Source of the DNA: a virus
IMG/VR virus record: IMGVR_UViG_3300031867_000233
DNA: 37,534 nt
Strand: one strand, 5' to 3'
Numbering within the stretch: position 1 is the stretch's first letter; the number at the start of each line of letters is the position of its first letter. The notes beneath the pieces are model-generated. The model made no database searches, was not told the DNA's origin, and saw only the letters and a program-made list of their open reading frames with translations. The translations under genes and the position numbers were made by a program. Below, piece after piece: positions 14,443 through 23,356 of this stretch.

Positions 14443-17276
14443 ATGGCATTAGGTGGAACGATTAAAATCAAGGGCGAAAGTGAGTACAGGCGAGCACTGT
14501 CACAGATCAAACAGAACTTGAGGGAAGTATCTTCCGAAATGAAGATCGTCACGAGCACATATGACAAGAATGACACAAGCACTGGAGCACTGGCGGCTAA
14601 GAGTGATGTTCTGACCAAGCGACTTGAACAGCAGAAAGCGAAACTCAACCTTGTTGCAGAGCAGTACAAGAAGTATGAGGAAGCTGTCAAGAAATCAGCC
14701 GATGAGCATGAACAGCTTGGCACGAAACTGGAAAGCGCAAAGGCAGAGCTTGAGCGCATTGGAAAGACAACCGGAGAAACAAGTGCTGAGTACGAGAAAC
14801 AGAAGAAGGTTGTTGATCAGTTGCAGTCTGAGTATGATGACAGCACAAAGGCACAGGATGTCAATGCAAAGTCACTGTCCAACCTCAAGATTGAGCTAAA
14901 TGGAGCACAGGCTGATGTAAACAAGACATCTAGGGAACTTGACAACCTAGGAAAGTCACAGGAGAAGACAAACGAGGGATGGACTGTCATGAAACAGGTA
15001 CTTGCTGACCTTGCTCATGATGCAATTCAGTCTGCATTCAATGGCATTAAGCAGTTAGGAAGTGCAATCATTGATACAGGCAAGCAGTCACTTGAAGCAT
15101 ATTCAAATTATGAACAGCTTGTCGGTGGCGTTGAAACATTGTTCGGCGCAGGAGGAAAGAGCCTAGAAGAGTATGCTAAAAGCGTCGGCATGAGTGCTGA
15201 CAAAGCAAAAGGGCAGTATGAAAAGCTGATGGGCGCACAGTCAACCGTACTTAAAAATGCGAACAATGCCTACAAGACAGCAGGGCTTAGTGCGAATGAG
15301 TATATGGACACTGTAACAAGTTTCAGTGCATCCCTCATTCAGTCGCTTGGTGGAGATACGGCAAAAGCCGCCAAGTATGCCAATACAGCAATCACAGACA
15401 TGTCGGATAATGCCAACAAGATGGGTACTGATATGTCATCATTGCAGAACGCATACTCAGGATTTGCCAAAGGCAATTACACGATGTTAGACAATTTGAA
15501 ACTAGGTAAAACCCACTATTGCCTAGTATAAACCTCGCGAAAACGGTGAAACCCTTTGAAATAAGGCGATACCGTGCGAAGCCCCTTAAAGGGGAACGTG
15601 TAACGACTATCGAAAACACACAAATATGTGGAAGTGAGTAGAGTACACGCAAGTGCGTGGAAGTGCGAGGTAGCCCAAACGGGTGAAAGAGATAGTCTAA
15701 TCTCTATAGTGATATAGAGCAGTTCCTAAGAGAACGGCATGAGATTAACGACCTCATGTGAATATAAATGTATGGTGGTACAAAGGAAGAAATGCAGAGA
15801 CTTCTTAAGGATGCCGAGAAGCTACCAGGGGCCATGGGACGAAAGTTCAATCTTTCCAATTATGCCGATGTGGTCGAAGCTATCCATCTTGTGCAGGACC
15901 ATATGGGAATCACAGGAACAACGGCAAAAGAAGCAAGCACAACTATTGAAGGTTCTACAAATGCGATGAAATCGGCATGGCAGAATTTACTCACAGGCAT
16001 GGCTGACGATAACGCCAATTTCGGAGAATTGGTCGGAAATCTGGTTGACAGTGTTACAACATTCGGAAAGAATGTGATACCAAGAGTACAGCAGATCATC
16101 AAGGGAATGGCGCAGGTGGCAACACAGTTGCTACAGGAAGTGGTACCGCAGATTGTTAAAGAAATTCCTCCGCTTCTGTCAGAAACACTTCCGATGCTGA
16201 TTGATGCACTGACAGCAGTGGGACAGAGCGTTATTCAGGTATTGCCGACATTAATGCCGATTGTTTCGGATGGGATTATGCAGATCGTACAGGGAATCAT
16301 TACACTGTTGCCAGAGTTCCTTAATGCAGGATTGCAAATGCTAACATCCTTGATACAAGGCATTACGCAGGCATTGCCACAGCTAATAGACATGTTGCCA
16401 ACAATCGTACAGCAGACAGCAGATGTAATCATTCAGAATTTGCCAACAATCATACAGGCAGGCTTGCAGTTGCTTGTTGCACTGATTAACGGTATTGTGA
16501 AGGCGTTGCCACAATTAATAGCCATGCTACCAACGATCATAGGGACAATCGAAGGAATATTAATAGCTAACTTGCCACTTATCATCAAAACAGGTTTTCA
16601 GATTCTTGTAGCACTGATAAAAGGCTTGATTCAGTCACTGCCACAGCTCATTGCATGGACACCACGAGTAATCAGGGCAATCGTAAGTGTTCTGGTTCAA
16701 AACTTGCCAAAAATGCTATCTATGGGTGGACAGCTTTTAGGATCACTCATCAGTGGTATTGGTTCAAAGATTGGAAACTTGGGCAGTGCAATTGGAAATG
16801 TTGCAACTAAAATCATTGACGGCATAAAGCACATACCAGGAAAGATGATCAAATGGGGCAAAGACATGATCCAGGGCTTGATTGATGGTATCAAGGGCAT
16901 GATTGGCAAAGTCGGTGACGCAGTTGGTGGAGTAGCCAATAAAATCAAATCATTCCTTCATTTCTCAAGGCCGGACGAAGGGCCTTTGGCTGAGTATGAA
17001 AGCTGGATGCCTGACATGGTGGAAGGAATGAGCGATTCCTTAAGAAAGGCAAGTCCAGAGCTTATTGACCAGACTAAGGCACTGGCACAGGGAATGTCCG
17101 ATGCAATGACTGTGAATGGCACTATAACAGGCACTGGCGTAGGATATGGAGGTTCATCCTTCGATTCAATGGTGTCAGCATTCAAGGATGCACTATCACA
17201 GGTCAAGATCGAGATGGACGACGAAGAAATGGGCCATTTTGTTGACAAAACGGTGACGAAACTGATTTATTATTAA
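14443..17276 (+). CDS. Tape measure protein, two exons (14443..15507 + 15771..17276, 856 aa after splicing)
   Basis: Joining ...MLDNLKLG to YGGTKEEMQRLLKDAEKL restores the conserved TMP motif NLKLGYGGT. It has a coiled-coil N-terminus and hydrophobic repeats (LPQLI..LPTII). Confidence 0.85.
15508..15770 (+). ncRNA. ORF-less group I intron (IA2, T4 td-like), 263 nt
   Basis: Exon 1 ends in U and the intron ends in G. P1 pairs cuaggu (15502-07) with gccuag (15521-26), including a U-G at the splice site. P10 pairs ccacuau (15512-18) with auggugg (15772-78). P7 pairs gacuau (15605-10) with auaguc (15692-97). A P9 hairpin cucuauaGUGAuauagag is present, and the 3' hairpin caugagAUUAACGACcucaug has the same loop I recall in the T4 td intron. 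Confidence 0.88.
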
Positions 17277-17288
17277 GGCGGTGAAAAT

Positions 17289-17990
17289 ATGAGAAACTAC
17301 GTTATTCAAAATGGAAAAGACAGCCGATATTTAAAAGGATTGCTGATTCAGGAGTTGCCACCGATTACAAAGCCATTGATGCGCACAAGCATTGAGCAGA
17401 TAGACGGGCGTGACGGTGATGTTATAACCCGTCTAGGCTATTCTGCATACGATAAAAAAATGAAGATTGGTCTGTTTGGAGATTATGACATTGACGATAT
17501 TATTCCGTTTTTTAATTCAAGCGGAACGGTGATATTTTCAAATGAGCCAGAAAAATACTACGTGTATGATATTCTGGATGCGATTGATTATGAACGGCTT
17601 ATGAGATTCAGAACGGCTGAGATCACGTATCATGTACAGCCATTCAAATACAGCAGTATCGAGAAACTGAAAGTGTTCAGCAATCTGACAAGTGCTATCA
17701 CAGTAAGAAATAACGGTAATTATGTATCAAAGCCGATCATTCATATCAAAGGAACAGGGACTATCAATCTGTCGCTGAATGGCGTGCAGTTATTCCGTAT
17801 TGAATTGAGTACGACAAATTCCATCACGATAGACACTGAAAAACTTGAAGCGTACAATGACGATATATGGATGAACAGATACGTTGTTGGCAATTATGAC
17901 AAGTTCGTTCTCAATGTTGGGTCTAACTCCGTATCATGGGATGGTCAGCTAACATATATTGCATTTGAAAAAATATCGAGGTGGATTTAA
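17289..17990 (+). CDS. Distal tail protein (Dit)
   Basis: 233 aa, directly after the TMP gene. The pattern ...IEQIDGRDGDV...YSAYDKKMKIGLFG is typical of the siphovirus tail family. Confidence 0.75.
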   Translation: MRNYVIQNGKDSRYLKGLLIQELPPITKPLMRTSIEQIDGRDGDVITRLGYSAYDKKMKIGLFGDYDIDDIIPFFNSSGTVIFSNEPEKYYVYDILDAIDYERLMRFRTAEITYHVQPFKYSSIEKLKVFSNLTSAITVRNNGNYVSKPIIHIKGTGTINLSLNGVQLFRIELSTTNSITIDTEKLEAYNDDIWMNRYVVGNYDKFVLNVGSNSVSWDGQLTYIAFEKISRWI

Positions 17991-18337
17991 TGGAAAAAAT
18001 GAATCTTGAAATGATCAGAGGGGACACGCTGAGCTTTGCATTCGAGGTTGAGTATGATGAAGCTTTGCAAAAACTGGACAGTGCATACTTCACATGCAAA
18101 GAGAACTTCGATGATGATGCGCCGATATTCAAAAAGTCGTTAGGGCATGGCATCACATTGGCAAAGCAGGAAGATGGAAAGCTGTACTATGTAGTACGTG
18201 TTGCTCCTGAAGATACGGAAAGTGTTGAGCCGGGGCTTTATTATTACGATTTGCAAATTGGCATCAATGGCGATGTGTTCTCAATACTGATTGGCTCGTT
18301 AAAAATTCATAGTGATGTAACGATAGGGGTGAACTAA
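17990..18337 (+). CDS. Small beta-sandwich-like virion protein (115 aa), function unknown
   Basis: MEKMNLEMIRGDTLSFAFEV...PEDTESVEPGLYYYDLQI resembles Ig-like decoration or fibre-adaptor domains. The ATG overlaps the Dit stop codon. Confidence 0.55.
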   Translation: MEKMNLEMIRGDTLSFAFEVEYDEALQKLDSAYFTCKENFDDDAPIFKKSLGHGITLAKQEDGKLYYVVRVAPEDTESVEPGLYYYDLQIGINGDVFSILIGSLKIHSDVTIGVN

Positions 18338-18338
18338 T

Positions 18339-21300
18339 ATGAATGATTTTTTAAAAAAACCGCTCGTTAAAGTCCTTATGTTGAAGGGCGAAAAAGGCGA
18401 AACAGGAGATGTAAGCAAAGAAAATTTTGACAATTCAATAAACGATTTAACCAATTTGATATCAAATAATCGTAGCAGAATAGACGATGCTCAGAATGGA
18501 ATAAAGACTGCTAATAGCAGAATAGACAATCTTATTGTATCTAGTGGAAGTGATTCCAGTGCAGAAGTCATTGACGCAAGAACTGGATATGATGGAACAT
18601 CATATGATACACTAGGTATAGCCGTCAGAGAACAGATCGCCGGACTGAAAAAGGAGATTGACGAAAAGGGAGTAACTGACGGTAGTATTACCGAGGAGAA
18701 ACTCTCCGACGAGTTAGCCGCTAAGGTAAATAGTGCCGGTTATGTTATCGGTGCTGACGGTAAAAAGTACAGTATCGCGATCGACGTTAACGGTAATGTT
18801 AGCGCGGATCGTATTTACGAGATCAGTACCGACGGTCTGTTATGCGATATTCAAATTGTCGACGGTGCGGTCGTAGATACTACCGGTAACGTCGATACGT
18901 CCGGTTTTGTCGTTACTGACGATTATTTTGTCGGTGACAGTCCAATGTACGGAGCCGCGAGAGGTACAAACATTATCGACGGCCATAGTTTAGGTAGCCG
19001 TACTATTATTTTCCTCGCGGATTTGGACGAGGCTCATCATACTATATTCGGTAATGGTGATACTATGTATGGATTACGTTGGGGTAAAAAAGCGACTAGT
19101 AATAGTGACGCGTTTACGACTTTTAGTAAGATTTTAGCGCCGGTACAAGAATTTAGAAACGCCTACAATTTAGCTTATGATATTTACAGTAAAGCGAATA
19201 TCACAAAAGATCCTCTTGTGATTTCCGATTATAACGATATGTTTTTTGTACTCTCAGTTGATACCGAAAATAGTAAGTATTTCGCCGGTTGGAATGAATT
19301 TATAGGCGACGAAATTTCTTACGATTACGCTAATTATCCAGCTCTAACGAGTATCCGTCTTTTTAAAGGCGCTACTAATGATATTGCAAAATTTAAGCGA
19401 GTTATCGTTTATGATAGGGCGCTCACTAAAGACGAGGTTAACGAACTGAGAGAAAAGATCATGCTACTTTATTATACTCAGTGGTATAACTCAACGACAT
19501 TTGTTCAGGGTATGACCGGTCTCGGATCTCCGTCCGCTTATCAAGTAAGATCGAGCGAAAGAGTACCGGAATTTATCGATACTCCTATCGAGTCCGGCGA
19601 GCAGACTATTACTATCAACGGCGAGGATAGAACGTTTATTAACGTAGATCCTACGGAGCCGACTATCGACGACGATATGAGTTATGTCGAGGCGCTCTAT
19701 TGGCTTAATCCGATCGAGTCTCTTAACGTTGGAGATATGTATAATATCGAGGCTATGGTTTATCCGTATAATGTTACCGAAAATAGTTATAATGTCGAGT
19801 ATGTTTCCTCTAATCCGTCCGTTATCGAATGTTATTACGGCGTCCTAATTGCAAAAAAAGCCGGATCGGCAACTATTACCGCTAAGGCCTCCGGTACCGA
19901 AATTACTTGTACGTTGGATATTACAGTCGCAGAGGTGGAGAACGTAGTCGAGAATTTCTTTAAAGTATCCGAGCAATTTATTTATAAAGGTAATCAGTTA
20001 GTCGGAGGCGACGGAGTGAATACCTTAAAAGCGATTGTCGGAGCAATCGAACAGGCAAGCGCTAACGGTTATAACGGCGTGGTATTTCCTAAAATGGATT
20101 ATCATGTTAAGCCTTATAAAAAGGACGTAATTTGTTACGTTCCTAGTGATTTCACCGTCGATTTTAACGGATCTACGCTTTACGTAGAGGATAACGATTT
20201 TTGTCATACTACAGACAGTCGACCGGATAAATCCGTCAATCCGTATACTATGTTTTCTTTTTCCGGGTTTAAGGTTAAAGACGAGGACAGAAATCAGATA
20301 GAGGATAAATATTATATGAGTTGTAAAAACTCAGTCGTTAAAAATTTACATTATTACGGCGAGCGTCGACTAATGTCCGATCTGGGTTACGCGAATGGAG
20401 ATTACGGAGAACAGGTAAAAGCGTTTGCATTTTCGACCGGTGCGTATAATTGCAAAATCGAAAATATTAATTTTTATGATACCGTCGGTTTTAATATTGC
20501 TACCATGACGAACAGTTTCGACCAATGGAGCGGTACAGGATTAGACGGGGCCGTCCGAGGTTGTGTACGATATAGCGATTTTATCCTCGGAAAACTCGAC
20601 AAAACAGGTTTAACCGCCTCAGAGGACGGAGATTGGTATCATACTGATTTCTTAAAACTCGGATATAATTACTCAGATAATCCGACAGGTAGTAAGGATA
20701 TGAAATACTATAAGGTCGGTGAAATGAACGTAGCGACTACCTACGGTTTAAGTACAAGGTGGTATGAAATTTACTGGTTTGACGCCGATAAAAATCTTAT
20801 CGAGTATCGTACTCACCAAATGACACTCGAAAGTTATTTACTCCCGGAAAACGCCGTATACTTTAAAGTTAACGCGAGATTTCCTAGTGGCGCTCCTACG
20901 TCCTCCAATGAAGGTAAGGTCGATACTCCTCATGTTATTAGAGTATGGCCTAGCGTGGATCCGGATAGATGCTATATCCGTAATTGTAAATTTTATAATC
21001 CTCACGCGAGCGCTATCTCTATGACAGGCGGTACTAATTTCGTACTGAGCGATATTTTCGCCGAAAACGGCCATTCTCCGTTGGGCGTTTGGTCTATCGA
21101 CTATGAGGACGGTTGGCAAGCTATGAGACACAATATCAATTATCGGATCATTTGTACCGGTATTTTAACTATGCCTGGCGGTCATAATACGGCAACTTTA
21201 CACTCCGTCATTAACACGGCTCGAAGTGGTCCGGAGACTGAGGCGGTTAAATATATTAATTGTGCTATTCAGACCTTACAGCCGTCTCCTAAGACTAACG

Positions 21301-21431
21301 ATTTAATCGCTAATGTTACTTACGGAGGAGATATTAAGAGTTATGGACAGTCCTCGCTTAAGTATCAATTAAAGGCGGCGAGACTTAGAGAGGTAAATTG
21401 TATTAAAAATACCGCTATGAACGTGATTTAA
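18339..21431 (+). CDS. Tail fibre / receptor-binding protein with a predicted polysaccharide depolymerase (1030 aa)
   Basis: Read N- to C-terminus: a collagen-like GEKGETGD; a fibre motif SAEVIDARTGYDGTSYDTLG; a LamG/ConA-like region (IRLFKGATND..VIVYDRALTKDEVNEL); a Big_2-like Ig domain (VEYVSSNPSVIECYYGVLIAKKAGSATITAKASGTE); then a long region consistent with a right-handed beta-helix (NGYNGVVFPKMDYHV...NCKIENINFYD...IRNCKFYNPHASAISMTGG). Confidence 0.75.
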   Translation: MNDFLKKPLVKVLMLKGEKGETGDVSKENFDNSINDLTNLISNNRSRIDDAQNGIKTANSRIDNLIVSSGSDSSAEVIDARTGYDGTSYDTLGIAVREQIAGLKKEIDEKGVTDGSITEEKLSDELAAKVNSAGYVIGADGKKYSIAIDVNGNVSADRIYEISTDGLLCDIQIVDGAVVDTTGNVDTSGFVVTDDYFVGDSPMYGAARGTNIIDGHSLGSRTIIFLADLDEAHHTIFGNGDTMYGLRWGKKATSNSDAFTTFSKILAPVQEFRNAYNLAYDIYSKANITKDPLVISDYNDMFFVLSVDTENSKYFAGWNEFIGDEISYDYANYPALTSIRLFKGATNDIAKFKRVIVYDRALTKDEVNELREKIMLLYYTQWYNSTTFVQGMTGLGSPSAYQVRSSERVPEFIDTPIESGEQTITINGEDRTFINVDPTEPTIDDDMSYVEALYWLNPIESLNVGDMYNIEAMVYPYNVTENSYNVEYVSSNPSVIECYYGVLIAKKAGSATITAKASGTEITCTLDITVAEVENVVENFFKVSEQFIYKGNQLVGGDGVNTLKAIVGAIEQASANGYNGVVFPKMDYHVKPYKKDVICYVPSDFTVDFNGSTLYVEDNDFCHTTDSRPDKSVNPYTMFSFSGFKVKDEDRNQIEDKYYMSCKNSVVKNLHYYGERRLMSDLGYANGDYGEQVKAFAFSTGAYNCKIENINFYDTVGFNIATMTNSFDQWSGTGLDGAVRGCVRYSDFILGKLDKTGLTASEDGDWYHTDFLKLGYNYSDNPTGSKDMKYYKVGEMNVATTYGLSTRWYEIYWFDADKNLIEYRTHQMTLESYLLPENAVYFKVNARFPSGAPTSSNEGKVDTPHVIRVWPSVDPDRCYIRNCKFYNPHASAISMTGGTNFVLSDIFAENGHSPLGVWSIDYEDGWQAMRHNINYRIICTGILTMPGGHNTATLHSVINTARSGPETEAVKYINCAIQTLQPSPKTNDLIANVTYGGDIKSYGQSSLKYQLKAARLREVNCIKNTAMNVI

Positions 21432-21506
21432 GGAGATGATAACGTGTTAAATATGAATTTAACTGAGGGGATATCGGATTATCAGACGGAACACATCTAG
21501 GTGGTA

Positions 21507-21701
21507 ATGGACAAGAACAATTTTATAAAAAATATTCGGCTTTTATCAATAGACTTTAGTCAACTAAAGCAGACTAAAGGAACTCTTGTTGAGTTTGAAA
21601 ATTTAACATTTGATTCATGTACGCTTAATATTAGTGATGAAAGCCAAGAAATAAGCATTCATGGTGGGATTAGAAAATTAAAGGAGGAGCTAAATGATTA
21701 G
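21507..21701 (+). CDS. Hypothetical protein (about 64 aa), very AT-rich
   Basis: The ORF lies between the fibre gene and Tal. The start (GTG 21501 or ATG 21507) is uncertain. Confidence 0.35.
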   Translation: MDKNNFIKNIRLLSIDFSQLKQTKGTLVEFENLTFDSCTLNISDESQEISIHGGIRKLKEELND

Positions 21702-23355
21702 AATATTTTCTCCTGACGATAAAATATTTACGTCAAATGGTGATTCGGTTATCCAACCATTCAAGGCAAAAGTGCATAAAGAGGATAACGGCTCATTCTA
21801 TCTGGATATCGAAGCAGACCTATCATATGTTGATATTCTGACAGCAAACAGGATTGTGGTTGCAGATACGCCACAGGGCGCACAGGCATTCCGCATCAAG
21901 AATCCAGAAAAGACAAAACATAAGATCACGATAAAGGCACCACATATCTCATATGATGCAGAAAACTACGTGATTGCAGACAGCTATGTTGTTGACAAAA
22001 ATTGCAACGATGCAATGGACCATCTGAACAGTGCCACGGACAATCCTAGCCCTTTTCAGACGTATTCTGATATTGCCATGGTAGATTCCTACAGGTGTGT
22101 GAGAACATCGCTGTATGACGCTTTTGGCACGGTTCTTGAGCGCTGGGGTGGGCACTTTGTGCGTGACAATTACAGGTTTGGCATAATGAGAACCATCGGG
22201 CGTGATAACGGCGTGACTGTGCGATACAAGAAAAACCTTAAGGAAATGACATGCACGGCGAACTGGGACAGCGTTGTGACAAAGCTCATGCCAGTCGGGA
22301 AAGACGGCTTGCTGTTGGATGAGGTATATCTTTACAGCAATACGCAGTACGATATTCCTTTTACAAAGGTCGTGTCTTTCAACCAGGATATTGATCAGGA
22401 TTTATACAAGGATGCTGACGGCAATCTTGACGAGGTTGCGTACAATAACGCATTGATTGAGGATCTGAGAAAGCAGGGGCAGGCATATGTTGATGAAAAC
22501 TGCGTTCCAAAAGTGAATTACACGTTAAAGGCAAACGTTGAAAAACTGACGGATATAGGCGATACAATTGAAGTCATTGACGAACCGATGGGTGTGGATA
22601 TTGTAACGCACGTTATTTCGTATGACTATGACTGCATTCTAGGCAAGTATACGGAGCTTGAGTTTGGAAATTTTCAGCAGAAGGTTTCTGACCTTATGGG
22701 AACAGTTAGCGCAACAATCGAGCAGAGTGTTGAAAAAAAAAATGCGAGCTTACAGGTTGTATTCTCAGATGCAATTCAGCAGGCACAGGACACAATTCTA
22801 GGAATGCTTGGCAATTCGTATGTCGTGTATGAAGGCGACAAGATTCTGGTTGTTGACGCATTGCCAAAAGAAGAAGCACACAACGTTATTATGATCAACA
22901 GCGGTGGAATTGGGTTCTCAAGTACTGGAATCAATGGAACATTCGAGAGTGCATGGACGATTGATAACACCTTGAATATGCAACATATCAACGTTATAAA
23001 TTTAGTTGCTGACATGATCAAGGGCGGAACATTGAAGCTCGGCTCTAACCTTAACCAGAACGGACAGATTGAAGTCTACGATGAAGCGAATAATCTGATT
23101 GCAAAACTGGACAAAAACGGGCTTATCATGTATGGGCTTGACGGTTCATATCTTGTGGTCAATAATTATGTCGGTTTTGCAGGATATGACCGCACGGGAG
23201 CCAAAACATTCTGGGTTTCAGGTGACGAGTTCCATCAGAAAAAATCTGTTATCGAGGAAGAGATCACGTTATGCAACAAGGCAAGGCTTATTCCGATAAC
23301 TGTAAAAGATGGCGATACTGTTACAAATGACGGCATCGGCATTGTGGGGGTATAA
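21694..23355 (+). CDS. Tail-associated lysin / baseplate hub protein (Tal, prophage tail endopeptidase family)
   Basis: MIRIFSPDDKIFTSNGDSVIQPFKAKVHKEDNGSFYLDIE... is the typical N-terminus of the 'phage minor structural protein' family. The RBS is aaaggaggag. Confidence 0.75.
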   Translation: MIRIFSPDDKIFTSNGDSVIQPFKAKVHKEDNGSFYLDIEADLSYVDILTANRIVVADTPQGAQAFRIKNPEKTKHKITIKAPHISYDAENYVIADSYVVDKNCNDAMDHLNSATDNPSPFQTYSDIAMVDSYRCVRTSLYDAFGTVLERWGGHFVRDNYRFGIMRTIGRDNGVTVRYKKNLKEMTCTANWDSVVTKLMPVGKDGLLLDEVYLYSNTQYDIPFTKVVSFNQDIDQDLYKDADGNLDEVAYNNALIEDLRKQGQAYVDENCVPKVNYTLKANVEKLTDIGDTIEVIDEPMGVDIVTHVISYDYDCILGKYTELEFGNFQQKVSDLMGTVSATIEQSVEKKNASLQVVFSDAIQQAQDTILGMLGNSYVVYEGDKILVVDALPKEEAHNVIMINSGGIGFSSTGINGTFESAWTIDNTLNMQHINVINLVADMIKGGTLKLGSNLNQNGQIEVYDEANNLIAKLDKNGLIMYGLDGSYLVVNNYVGFAGYDRTGAKTFWVSGDEFHQKKSVIEEEITLCNKARLIPITVKDGDTVTNDGIGIVGV

Positions 23356-23356
23356 A

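Noticed and set aside
14443-15531. The tape measure gene appears truncated, with a 362-aa ORF followed by a separate 502-aa ORF, which could suggest a pseudogene or two genes.
   Set aside because: The break falls exactly inside the conserved NLKLG|YGGT motif, and the 263-nt spacer has all the group I intron pairings. I interpret it as an intron-split intact gene.
18339-21431. Diversity-generating retroelement targeting the fibre gene.
   Set aside because: There is no reverse transcriptase anywhere in the complete genome, and I could not spot a template/variable repeat pair near the 3' end of either fibre gene.
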